Source: an uncultured delta proteobacterium (GTDB lineage Bacteria; Myxococcota_A; UBA9160; SMWR01). Taken from it: DNA of 64,000 nucleotides. The position numbers and the translations under genes are program-made. The stretch covers positions 704,001 to 768,000 of the forward strand of contig CAWHTE010000007.1 in assembly GCA_963832165.1 (NCBI GenBank), given 5' to 3'. The notes beneath the pieces are model-generated. The model was not told the origin of the DNA. It searched no databases and worked only from the letters and a program-made list of their open reading frames with translations. Shown here piece after piece: positions 40,286 through 49,277 of the stretch (the stretch's first letter is position 1; each line of letters begins with the position of its first letter).

Positions 40286-40927
40286 ATGTCCTCCGGGTCC
40301 ATCGCGGCGCCCCGATCGGTTCAGCGCACCTCGCGGCGCAGGCGCAAGAAGGATCGGACGCGAACCGAGATCTTCCGCGCGGCGATGGATCTGTTCAGCG
40401 CGCGCGGATTCGACGCGGTCACGGTCGAGTCGATCTGCACGGCCGCAGATGTCGCGAAGGGCACCTTCTTCCTGCACTTCGCGTCCAAGGCCGCTCTGCT
40501 CGGCGAATGGAATCGCGAGCTCGCGGCCGAGCTCGCGGATCGGCTGGGCGATCCCGGCGACACGGCTCTCTCGCAATATCGCCGGCTCGCAGACCAGCTC
40601 GGTGAGCACTGGAGGCGCCGGCCCGATTTCACGCGCGCGCTCTTGCACCAGCTCCTCTCGCAGCGCGCACCGGCCGAATCGGGCCAGCCCGACCTGCGCG
40701 CGCTCGTCGAGGCGGTCGTGCGCCGCGGCCAGGAGCGCGGCGAGTTCCGCCGCAACGTGTCGGCGAGCCTCGCGGCCGCTGCATTCCTGGCCACGTGCGC
40801 CGCGGTCTTTTCCGCAGCCGCCGAGCGCAGCGACGCGCCCGAAGTGCTGCGCAACGAGCTCCTGCACGCGCTCCTGCACGGCCTCTCCGAGCCCAGGCCG
40901 CGGCTCAAGTGGGCGCCCACGCCGTGA
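40286..40927 (+). CDS. TetR/AcrR family regulator
   Basis: RTRTEIFRAAMDLFSARGFDAVTVESICTAADVAKGTFFLHFASK. Confidence 0.93.
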   Translation: MSSGSIAAPRSVQRTSRRRRKKDRTRTEIFRAAMDLFSARGFDAVTVESICTAADVAKGTFFLHFASKAALLGEWNRELAAELADRLGDPGDTALSQYRRLADQLGEHWRRRPDFTRALLHQLLSQRAPAESGQPDLRALVEAVVRRGQERGEFRRNVSASLAAAAFLATCAAVFSAAAERSDAPEVLRNELLHALLHGLSEPRPRLKWAPTP

Positions 40928-40965
40928 TAGCATGGCGGCAGAGCCCCCGCGCAGGAGAGCCCCCC

Positions 40966-41838
40966 ATGGCGATGCCCAAAGGGATCGGCGTCATCGAGAC
41001 GATGATCGGGATCCCGAGCCCGAACCAGCCGCGCAGCTACGACTTCATGCGCCCGCTGTTCCGCGACAAGGAGTCGATCGATCAGTTCGATTTCCCCGTC
41101 GAGTACATGTTCAAGGACGTGCCCAAGACCGGCACGCACGACGACTACATCAAGTACACGCTCGAGCAGATGGACCGCTTCGGGATCGAGAAGGCGGTGA
41201 TCGGCGTGTCGCTCGACAACGAGATCTCCGTGCGCGCGGTGAAGCAGCACCGCGACCGCTTCATCCCGCAGGGCCAGGCCAACCCGAACCAGGCGATGGA
41301 CGGCGTGCGCCGGATCGTGCGCGAGTACGAGGAGCTCGGCATCTCGTCGGTGGGCGCGTTCCCGTGCGGGCTCGTGCCGCAGGTGCCGATCAACGACAAG
41401 CAGTTCTACCCGATCTACGCGAAATGCGTAGAGCTCGACATCGCGATCTTCTGCTGCGCGGGCGTGCCCGGTCCGCGCATCCCGATGTATCCGCAGCTCG
41501 TCCAGCACGTCGACGAGGTGTGCTGGTACTTCCCCGAGCTCAAGTTCGTGTTCCGCCACGGCTGCGAGCCCTGGGAAGATCTCGCGGTGAAGCTCATGCT
41601 CAAGTGGCCCAACCTCTACTACTCGACGAGCGCGTTCGCGCCCAGGCACTACCCGAAGGCGATCGTCGACTACGCCAACACGCGCGGCGCGAACAAGGTG
41701 ATCTACGCCGGCTACTGGCCGATGGGCCTCTCGCTGGAGCGGATCTTCGGAGAGCTGCCGTCGGTTCCGTTCAAGGACGAGGTGTGGCCGAAGTTCCTGC
41801 GCGAGAACGCGCTGCGCGTGCTCGGCGAGAAGAGTTAG
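40966..41838 (+). CDS. Amidohydrolase family protein (Amidohydro_2 type)
   Basis: EQMDRFGI, FYPIYAKC, GVPGPR, FPELKFVFRHG, TSAFAP and KFLRENA; AGGAG RBS. Confidence 0.85.
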   Translation: MAMPKGIGVIETMIGIPSPNQPRSYDFMRPLFRDKESIDQFDFPVEYMFKDVPKTGTHDDYIKYTLEQMDRFGIEKAVIGVSLDNEISVRAVKQHRDRFIPQGQANPNQAMDGVRRIVREYEELGISSVGAFPCGLVPQVPINDKQFYPIYAKCVELDIAIFCCAGVPGPRIPMYPQLVQHVDEVCWYFPELKFVFRHGCEPWEDLAVKLMLKWPNLYYSTSAFAPRHYPKAIVDYANTRGANKVIYAGYWPMGLSLERIFGELPSVPFKDEVWPKFLRENALRVLGEKS

Positions 41839-41841
41839 GCG

Positions 41842-42810
41842 ATGCGTCTGTCGTGCGGAATCGTCCCGGGCCCGAACGCCCCCGAGATCGCCGCGTTCGC
41901 GGAAGAGCTCGGCTACCACCGCGCCTGGTTCTACGATTCGCCCGCGCTCTACGGCGATGTGTGGATCGCGATCGCGCGCGCGCTCGACCGCACCGAGCGG
42001 ATCGGGGTCGGCACCGCCGTGCTCGTGCCGAGCCTGCGCCACGTGATGACGACGGCGGCCGCGATCGGATCGATCGAAGCGCAGGCGCCCGGCCGGCTCG
42101 CCGTGGCGATCGGCAGCGGCTTTACGGGCCGCGCGATGTTCGGCAAGCCCGCGATCCCCCTGAAGTCGCTGCGCGAATACGTCGTGGCGCTGCGCGCATT
42201 GTTGCGCGGCGAGGAGGCCGTGGTCGACGGCGCAGTCTGCAAGTTGATGAGCCCGCACGGCGTGATCGCGAAGCGCCCGCTCGAGGTGCCGTTGATCATC
42301 GCGGTGGGCGGACCGCGCGCGCTCGCGAACGCGAGCGACATCGCCGACGGCATCATGTGCGCGGGCGTGATCACGCCGGGCGTGCGCGACGCCTATCTAC
42401 TCTCGTTCGGCACCGTGCTGCGCGAGGGCGAGAACTACGAATCCCCGCGCGTGCTCGACGCGATCGGTCCCGCGATCGCCGTGATCTATCACGGCAGCTA
42501 TCAGGCCGGCGGTGCCGTGGCCGTCGATCAGCTGCCGGGTGGCGCCGCCTGGCGCGCGGAGATCGAGCGCTTCCCCGAGTCGGTGCGCCATCTCTACGTG
42601 CACGAGGGCCACATCTACGAGCTCACCGAGCGCGACCGGCGCCACATCCACCCCGCGCTCGGCGCGACCACTTTCACGGGCACGCCCGCGCAGCTGCGCG
42701 AGCGCGCCGCGGCGTACGAGGCGCAGGGGATCGCGGAAATCGTGTACGCGCCGATGGGCCCCGACGTGCCGGGCGAGCTGCGCGCGATGCGCGAGGCCCT
42801 GTCGGACTGA
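41842..42810 (+). CDS. LLM-class flavin/F420-dependent oxidoreductase (Mer-like)
   Basis: AEELGYHRAWFYDSPALYGD, IGVGTAVLVPSLRH, GRLAVAIGSGFTG and GPRAL..ADG. Confidence 0.85.
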   Translation: MRLSCGIVPGPNAPEIAAFAEELGYHRAWFYDSPALYGDVWIAIARALDRTERIGVGTAVLVPSLRHVMTTAAAIGSIEAQAPGRLAVAIGSGFTGRAMFGKPAIPLKSLREYVVALRALLRGEEAVVDGAVCKLMSPHGVIAKRPLEVPLIIAVGGPRALANASDIADGIMCAGVITPGVRDAYLLSFGTVLREGENYESPRVLDAIGPAIAVIYHGSYQAGGAVAVDQLPGGAAWRAEIERFPESVRHLYVHEGHIYELTERDRRHIHPALGATTFTGTPAQLRERAAAYEAQGIAEIVYAPMGPDVPGELRAMREALSD

Positions 42811-42844
42811 CCGGGTATATTGGACAGAAATCGAGGAGAAGATC

Positions 42845-44299
42845 GTGGCGATTGCGGAGCACAGTGAGTTGTTCATCGGGGGAAAGTGGGTTCCCTCGGA
42901 CGCCAGCGGCCGGATCGACGTGCGTTCGGCTTCGACCGAGGAAGTGATCGGGCGCGTGCCCGACGCGACGAAGGCCGACATCGACCGCGCCGTCGCGGCC
43001 GCGCGCGAGGCGTTCGATAGCGGTCCGTTCCCGCGCATGGCGCCCGAGGAGCGCGCCGACGCGATCCGCCGCCTGTCGGAGGCGCTCAAGAAGCGCGGCC
43101 CCGCGATCGCAGAAGTGATCAGCAAGCAGAACGGCTGTCCGGCGCGCGAGTCGATCGGCACCCAGGTGTTCGCGGCGACGATGGTGCTCGACATCACCGC
43201 CGACATGGCGAAGAACTTCAACTGGGTCGAGGAACGCCCCGGTGCATTCGGCAGCCCCGTGCGCGTGGCACGGCTTCCCGTCGGCGTGTGCGCGGGCATC
43301 ATCCCGTGGAACGTGCCGTTGTTCATCATGGCGATGAAGCTCGGCCCCGCTCTCGCGGCCGGCTGCACCGTCGTGCTGAAGCCGTCGCCCGAGACGCCGC
43401 TCGATCCCTATCTGCTAGGCGAGGCGATCCTCGAGGCGGAGCTTCCGCCGGGCGTGATCAACATCGTCGCGGCCGGGCGCGAGACCAGCGAGTACCTCGT
43501 CTCGCATCCCGGGATCGACAAGGTGAGCTTCACGGGCAGCACGACCACGGGCCGGCGCGTCGCGGCGCTCGCGGGCGAAGGCCTGAAGCGCTGCACGCTC
43601 GAGCTCGGTGGCAAGTCCGCCGCGATCCTGCTCGACGACTTCGACCTCGAGGCGCACGCGGTGCCGCTGCTCGCGTCGGGTCTGCTCAACAACGGACAGG
43701 CGTGCGCCGCGCAGACGCGCATCCTCGCGCCGCGCGCGCGCTACAAGGAGATCGTCGATGCGCTCGGTGCCGTGATGGCCGCGAAGAAGGTCGGCGACGC
43801 GCTCGATCCCGCGACCGAGATCGGGCCGCTCGTCGCCGAGCGCCAGCGCGATCGCGTGCTGGGCTATCTCGAGGAAGGCAAGAAGGCGGGCGCGCGCGCG
43901 GTATGCGGCGGCGGCCGCCCGAAGGCGTTGCCGAAGGGCTGGTTCATCGAGCCGACGCTGTTCGCCGACGTCGACAACTCGATGGTGATCGCCCGTGAAG
44001 AGATCTTCGGCCCCGTGCTGTGCGTGATCCCGTACGACGGCGAAGAACAGGCGGTCGCGATCGCGAACGACTCGCCGTACGGGCTCTCGGGTTCGGTCTG
44101 GACCCGCGATCCCGAGCGCGGCGCCGCGGTCGCCGCGCAGCTGCGCACCGGCACCGTTCCGATCAATTCACCGATGCTGCTCGACTTCCGCTCGCCGTTC
44201 GGCGGGTTCAAGCAGTCCGGGATCGGGCGCGAGCTCGGGCCCGAGGGCATCGCACCGTACACCGAATACCGCTCGATCATTTTGCCGCCGCGCGCCTAG
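42845..44299 (+). CDS. Aldehyde dehydrogenase
   Basis: IIPWNVP, FTGST, LELGGKS, GQACAA, EEIFGP and FGGFKQSG; GAGGAG RBS and GTG start. Confidence 0.94.
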   Translation: MAIAEHSELFIGGKWVPSDASGRIDVRSASTEEVIGRVPDATKADIDRAVAAAREAFDSGPFPRMAPEERADAIRRLSEALKKRGPAIAEVISKQNGCPARESIGTQVFAATMVLDITADMAKNFNWVEERPGAFGSPVRVARLPVGVCAGIIPWNVPLFIMAMKLGPALAAGCTVVLKPSPETPLDPYLLGEAILEAELPPGVINIVAAGRETSEYLVSHPGIDKVSFTGSTTTGRRVAALAGEGLKRCTLELGGKSAAILLDDFDLEAHAVPLLASGLLNNGQACAAQTRILAPRARYKEIVDALGAVMAAKKVGDALDPATEIGPLVAERQRDRVLGYLEEGKKAGARAVCGGGRPKALPKGWFIEPTLFADVDNSMVIAREEIFGPVLCVIPYDGEEQAVAIANDSPYGLSGSVWTRDPERGAAVAAQLRTGTVPINSPMLLDFRSPFGGFKQSGIGRELGPEGIAPYTEYRSIILPPRA

Positions 44300-44323
44300 C
44301 GCACGGACGGCGGAGGACCCCCC

Positions 44324-45754
44324 ATGAAAGACCACCTCCAGTTCTACATCGACGGCCGCTGGGTCGACCCCTCCGGTGAGGCTCGACCGTTCGCAGTGAT
44401 CAACCCCGCTACCGAGGAGCCGATCGCGCGGATCGCCCTCGGTAGCGCGAAGGACGTCGACCTTGCGGTCGCTGCTGCGCGCCGCGCGTTCGAGACCTAC
44501 TCGCAGACCACGCGCGAGCAGCGCCTCGATCTGCTCAAGGCGATCTCCGCCGCCTATCAGGCGCGCTACCAGGAGATCGCCGAGACGATCTCGCTCGAGA
44601 TGGGCGCGCCGCTCTGGCTCTCGAAGGCGGCCCAGGCCGCGACGGGCCTCGGCCACTTCGCGCAGATGATCGCCGTCCTCGAGAAGTACCCATTCGAGGA
44701 GCAGCGCGGCACGACGCGGATCCGGCGCGAGCCGATCGGCGTGTGCGGCCTGATCACGCCCTGGAACTGGCCGATCAACCAGATCGCGTGCAAGGTGGCT
44801 CCCGCGCTCGCAGCGGGATGCACGATGGTGCTCAAGCCGACCGAGATCGCGCCGCTCAACGCGATCCTGTTCGCCGAGATCATGCACGCGGCCGGTGTCC
44901 CGGCGGGTGTGTTCAACCTCGTGAACGGCGACGGTCCGACCGTCGGACAGGCGATCGCCGAGCACCCGGGTATCGACATGGTGTCGTTCACGGGCTCCAC
45001 GCGTGCGGGCGTCGAGGTCGCGCGCGCGGCGGCACCCACCGTGAAGCGCGTCGCGCAGGAGCTCGGCGGCAAGTCCGCCAACATCATCCTCGACGACGCG
45101 GACTTCGCGGCGGCCGTCGGCGGCGGCACGATGGGCTGCGCAATGAACAGCGGCCAGTCGTGCAACGCGCCCACGCGCATGCTCGTGCCGCGCTCGCGCC
45201 ACGACGAGGCAGTGGCGATCGCGAAGGCGACCGCGGAGCAGATCACGGTGGGTGATCCGGCCGGGGCCAACACGCGGATCGGTCCCGTGGTGAGCGAGAC
45301 GCAATGGAACAAGATCCAGGGCCTGATCAAGAAGGGCATCGACGAGGGTGCGACGCTCGTGACCGGCGGCCCGGGCCGTCCCGACGGTCTCACGCGCGGC
45401 TACTACGTGCGACCGACGGTGTTCGCGAACGTGCGCAACGACATGTCGATCGCGCGCGAGGAGATCTTCGGGCCCGTGCTCTCGATCCTGCCCTACGAGG
45501 ACGAAGAGGACGCGATCCGGATCGCGAACGACACCCCGTACGGCCTCGCGGGCTACGTGTCGTCGAGCAACCTCGAGCGCGCGCGACGCGTCGCGTCGCG
45601 GCTGCGCGCCGGCCAGATCAGCATGAACGGCGCACCGCCCGACTTCAGCGCGCCGTTCGGCGGCTACAAGCAGTCGGGCAACGGCCGCGAGTGGGGCGAC
45701 TTCGGATTCGAGGAGTTCCTCGAGACGAAGGCCATGATCGGCTGGGGCGAGTAG
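44324..45754 (+). CDS. Aldehyde dehydrogenase (second paralogue)
   Basis: [32 protein letters not shown] and [12 protein letters not shown]. Confidence 0.94.
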   Translation: MKDHLQFYIDGRWVDPSGEARPFAVINPATEEPIARIALGSAKDVDLAVAAARRAFETYSQTTREQRLDLLKAISAAYQARYQEIAETISLEMGAPLWLSKAAQAATGLGHFAQMIAVLEKYPFEEQRGTTRIRREPIGVCGLITPWNWPINQIACKVAPALAAGCTMVLKPTEIAPLNAILFAEIMHAAGVPAGVFNLVNGDGPTVGQAIAEHPGIDMVSFTGSTRAGVEVARAAAPTVKRVAQELGGKSANIILDDADFAAAVGGGTMGCAMNSGQSCNAPTRMLVPRSRHDEAVAIAKATAEQITVGDPAGANTRIGPVVSETQWNKIQGLIKKGIDEGATLVTGGPGRPDGLTRGYYVRPTVFANVRNDMSIAREEIFGPVLSILPYEDEEDAIRIANDTPYGLAGYVSSSNLERARRVASRLRAGQISMNGAPPDFSAPFGGYKQSGNGREWGDFGFEEFLETKAMIGWGE

Positions 45755-45800
45755 TCCGCAGGTTCGTCGTTCGGTTCGAACGTCTATCATCGGCGGCGTC

Positions 45801-46469
45801 ATGCTGACGCCGTTCACGGAAGACGTGTGGACCGACACGAGGCGCCAGAAGTTCTTCGGCGTCGAGACGGGCACGCGCATGACGATCGTGCGCCTCTCGG
45901 ACGGCGGGCTCTTCGTGCATTCACCCGTGGCGCTCGAGGGCGACACGCGCGCCCGCATCGACGCGCTGGGCGAGGTGCGCGCCGTCGTCGCGCCGAGCGT
46001 CTTCCATCACCTGCAGGTCGGCCCCTGGATGGCCGCCTATCCGAAGGCGCTGTACTTCGCGTGCCCGGGGCTCGAGTGGAAGCGCCCCGACCTCGCGTTC
46101 ACGGGCGTGCTGGGCGATCAGCCGCATCCGTGGTGGTCGCGCGACATCGAGCAGGTCTACTTCTCGGCGCGCCGCGAGAACGAGGTCGTGTTCTGCTTCG
46201 CGCGGCGCAAGCTCCTGATCTGCGCGGACGCGCTCCTGAACCTGTCGACGCACGACCTGCGCGCCACGCGGTTCGTGGCGCGGTTGATGGGAAACAGTGC
46301 GCCCGGGGTGGGCTACCTCGAGCGCGTGATGATCCGCAACCGGCGGCTCGCGCGGCGGCAGGTCGATCGGATCCTCGCGTGGGATTTCGACAAGGCCATC
46401 GTGGCGCACGGCGATCCGGTCGAGCGCGACGCAAAAGCCGCCATGCGCGACGCATACGCGTGGCTCTGA
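45801..46469 (+). CDS. DUF4336-like (metallo-beta-lactamase-fold) protein
   Basis: TRMTIVRL..LFVHSPV, VAPSVFHHL, EVVF..LLICAD and WDFD..AHG. Confidence 0.8.
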   Translation: MLTPFTEDVWTDTRRQKFFGVETGTRMTIVRLSDGGLFVHSPVALEGDTRARIDALGEVRAVVAPSVFHHLQVGPWMAAYPKALYFACPGLEWKRPDLAFTGVLGDQPHPWWSRDIEQVYFSARRENEVVFCFARRKLLICADALLNLSTHDLRATRFVARLMGNSAPGVGYLERVMIRNRRLARRQVDRILAWDFDKAIVAHGDPVERDAKAAMRDAYAWL

Positions 46470-46470
46470 C

Positions 46471-47238
46471 TCAGGTCGAGGAGCGCCCGCGCGGAGGCGG
46501 CGCGAGTCTCCGGATCACGGACTCCGGTACGCGCGCCATGAACTCCTTGAGCACGTTCATCTGCCACGGGAACGTGTAGGTGCGCTTTCGTTCCTCGATT
46601 GCGCGCACCATGTACCGGACCGAGGTGGGCACGTCGATCAGGAACATCATGCCCTTCTGGCCCTCCGTGAGTGCCGTCTCGACGAAGCCGGGGCACAGCG
46701 TCATCGCGTGCACGCCGGTGCCGTGCAGGTCCATGCGCAAGCTGGACATGAAGCTCGTAACGCACGCCTTCGAGGCCGAGTAGGCGGCGCGGCCCGGCAG
46801 CGGGCGGTGTCCGGCCGACGAGCTGACCGCACACAGCACGCCGGATCCCTGCTTCACCATCGCCGGGATGAACGGGACGACCGTATTCGTCACGCCGATC
46901 ACGTTCACGCCCATGAGCCAGGCGATCTCGCGCGCTTCGCCTTCGAGCACGCGGTTGGCGATACCGACGCCCGCGTTCGCGAACACGAGGTCGACGCCGC
47001 CCGCGGCCGCGAGGAACGCCTCGGCGCTGCGCGCCATGAAGTCGGTGTCGGCGACGTCGCCCGCGTACACCTCGACGCGCGCGCCGCGCGCCGTCCACTC
47101 CTTCTCGCGCTCGCGCAGAATCGACTCGCGCCGCGCGACGAGCCCCAGATGCGCACCCGCGCGCGCGTAGTGATCCGCGAGCCCCTGTCCGAGTCCCGTT
47201 CCCGCGCCCGTGACGAACAGCCGCCGGATCTCACTCAT
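46471..47238 (-). CDS. Short-chain dehydrogenase/reductase
   Basis: TGAGTGLG, ANAG, SS and YSASK; GGGAGG RBS. Confidence 0.92.
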   Translation of the reverse strand: MSEIRRLFVTGAGTGLGQGLADHYARAGAHLGLVARRESILREREKEWTARGARVEVYAGDVADTDFMARSAEAFLAAAGGVDLVFANAGVGIANRVLEGEAREIAWLMGVNVIGVTNTVVPFIPAMVKQGSGVLCAVSSSAGHRPLPGRAAYSASKACVTSFMSSLRMDLHGTGVHAMTLCPGFVETALTEGQKGMMFLIDVPTSVRYMVRAIEERKRTYTFPWQMNVLKEFMARVPESVIRRLAPPPRGRSST

Positions 47239-47437
47239 CGAAACCTCCCGGCGCGCGTGCAGCGCGTCCGCGGATCGTACTAGCCTCGATCGCTTCGATC
47301 CTTCAGGTGGCCGGTCCATCCGAAGTTGCCCCGAGCCGTGCAACGGCCCGTGGCCGGCTCCGCTCTACTTCTCGGCAGCAAGCCAACCGCCCCGGATCGG
47401 CGATTGTGCTGATAAATCGATGGTTTGTGAGCTCGAT

Positions 47438-47511
47438 TTGAGAATGAGCGAGGAGGTGCTATAACAGTGATCAAGTAATTTACCGATGTTAATACTTCTG
47501 AACGTTGTTCT
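47438..47511 (+). promoter_or_regulatory. Promoter plus three degenerate AAC-N3-GTT operators at 19-bp periodicity
   Basis: TTGAGA..TGcTATAAC promoter. ATAACagtGATCA (47461), TTACCgatGTTAA (47480) and TGAACgttGTTCT (47499) lie directly before the TetR ATG. Confidence 0.6.
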
Positions 47512-48165
47512 ATGAGCCTTCACATCGCCACGACCTCCAGCATCGAGAGCCGCCGCGCGCGCCAGCGCGAGGAGGCGCGCCGCACGATCCTCGACGCAAC
47601 CGAGTTGCTGTTGATCGAGTCGGGCGGCTTCGACTTCTCGATGCGAAGTCTCTCCAAGCGCTCGGGCTACTCCGCGCCCACCGTCTACCACTACTTCGGT
47701 GACAAGGACGGACTGATCGATGCGCTGCTCGAAGAGCGCATCGCGAGGCTCGCGGATGAGATCGAGCGCGTACCCGTGACGGGAGAGGCGCTCGTCGATC
47801 TGCGCGCCGTGCTGCGCGTGTTCGTCGGCTTCGGCGCCAAGCATCCCACGTTCGATCGCCTGATGTGGACCGTGTCGAGCAAGGGCGAGAGCCGCACGCC
47901 TCCCGCGATGGAGCGCCTCTCCGCGCGCGTGCGGCCGCCGCTCGAGACGCTCGCGGGATCGGGTCGGCTCGGCGACGTCGACGTCGACACGGCGGGCCAG
48001 ATGATCTGGGCGCTGCTGCACGGTCTCTCCGCGCTGCGCGTGAACGAGCCCGACCACCCCTGGTCACCGAATCTGGGCGAGCGCGCTCTCGACACGCTGC
48101 TCTCGGGCCTGACGCTCCCGCAATCCCAGGATACGCGCCCCAATTCCCACGAGGCACGGCGATGA
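47512..48165 (+). CDS. TetR family regulator (WHG-like C-terminus) of the RND operon
   Basis: FSMRSLSKRSGYSAPTVYHYFGDKDGL and IWALLHGL. Confidence 0.92.
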   Translation: MSLHIATTSSIESRRARQREEARRTILDATELLLIESGGFDFSMRSLSKRSGYSAPTVYHYFGDKDGLIDALLEERIARLADEIERVPVTGEALVDLRAVLRVFVGFGAKHPTFDRLMWTVSSKGESRTPPAMERLSARVRPPLETLAGSGRLGDVDVDTAGQMIWALLHGLSALRVNEPDHPWSPNLGERALDTLLSGLTLPQSQDTRPNSHEARR

Positions 48166-49277
48166 GTCGGATTCTGTTCGCGTTGGCGTTCGCGCTGCTG
48201 GCCGCGGGCTGTGGTGAAGATGTCGCGAAGGAGGCGGGTCATCTGCCGTCCGTGTCAGTGGCCGTGGTCGAGTCGGTCGATCTGCAGGAGGAGATCCGCG
48301 CGAGCGGTGATCTCCACGCGCGTCTGCACACGACGATCGCGGCCGAGATCGAGGGACGCATCACGGAGATCTCCGTCGACGAGGGCGGCAGCGTGAAGGC
48401 CGGTGCAGTGGTGATCGAGATCGATCCCGAGCGGCGACGGCTCGAGCTCGCCGCGAGCCGCGCGCAGCACTCGCAGGCGAAGGCCAACTACGAGAACGCG
48501 AGCCGCCAGACCGAACGGATCCGCAAGCTGCGCACCCAGAACGTGTTGTCGGACCAGAAGCTCGAGGACGCCGAGACGGCATTGACGCTCGCGCGCTCGC
48601 AGATGGACGCGCAGCGCGCGGCGCTCGGGGTGATCGAGCGCGCGCTCGCCGACGCGAGTGTCAGCGCGCCGTTCGAGGGGATGATCGCGCGGCGCGCGGT
48701 GCAGCTCGGCGAGTTCGTGCAGCCGGGCAAGCCGCTCGTGGAGCTCGTGGCGCTCGACCCGCTCGAGGTCGTGTTCGCGCTCACCGAGCTCGACTCCGAG
48801 CGCGTGCGCCCGGGCCAGAAGATCGAGGTGTCGGTCGGCGCATTCCCGGACCGCGTGTTCCACGGCGTGGTGACGTTCATCTCTCCCACCGTCGATCCGG
48901 CCACGCGCACGCTCCGGATCAAGGCCGAGATCGACAACGACGAGGGTCACCTGCGACCGGGTCTGTTCGCGCGCGTGAGCCTCGGCGTCTCCCCGCGCAG
49001 CGGCGTGGCGATGGTGCCCGAGGAAGCGCTGATCCAGCGCAGCGAGGGCGCGATGCTGTTCAGGATCGGCGCCGACAACCGCGTCAAGCGCGTCATGGTC
49101 ACTACGGGCGCTCACGACACCGGACGTGTCGAAGTGCGCGGCGACATCGCACCGGGTGACCGCGTGGTGCGGCGTGGCCACGGCGGGCTCGCCGACGGCG
49201 CCGAAGTGGCCGTGCGCGAAGCCGAGCCTCACGCAGTGGCGGCTCAGGCGGACGAGGACGAAGGCGCCGAGCTGTGA
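48162..49277 (+). CDS. RND efflux periplasmic adaptor (MFP), lipoprotein
   Basis: Lipobox LAAGC; EIEGRI..VDEG, SAPFEG, VDPATRT and LRPGLF. Confidence 0.93.
   Translation: MSRILFALAFALLAAGCGEDVAKEAGHLPSVSVAVVESVDLQEEIRASGDLHARLHTTIAAEIEGRITEISVDEGGSVKAGAVVIEIDPERRRLELAASRAQHSQAKANYENASRQTERIRKLRTQNVLSDQKLEDAETALTLARSQMDAQRAALGVIERALADASVSAPFEGMIARRAVQLGEFVQPGKPLVELVALDPLEVVFALTELDSERVRPGQKIEVSVGAFPDRVFHGVVTFISPTVDPATRTLRIKAEIDNDEGHLRPGLFARVSLGVSPRSGVAMVPEEALIQRSEGAMLFRIGADNRVKRVMVTTGAHDTGRVEVRGDIAPGDRVVRRGHGGLADGAEVAVREAEPHAVAAQADEDEGAEL

Noticed and set aside
40189..40605. ORF with an AT-rich N-terminus, or a foreign insertion
   Set aside because: It runs through the TetR promoter/operator and then off-frame inside the TetR gene. 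No mobile-element ends are visible.
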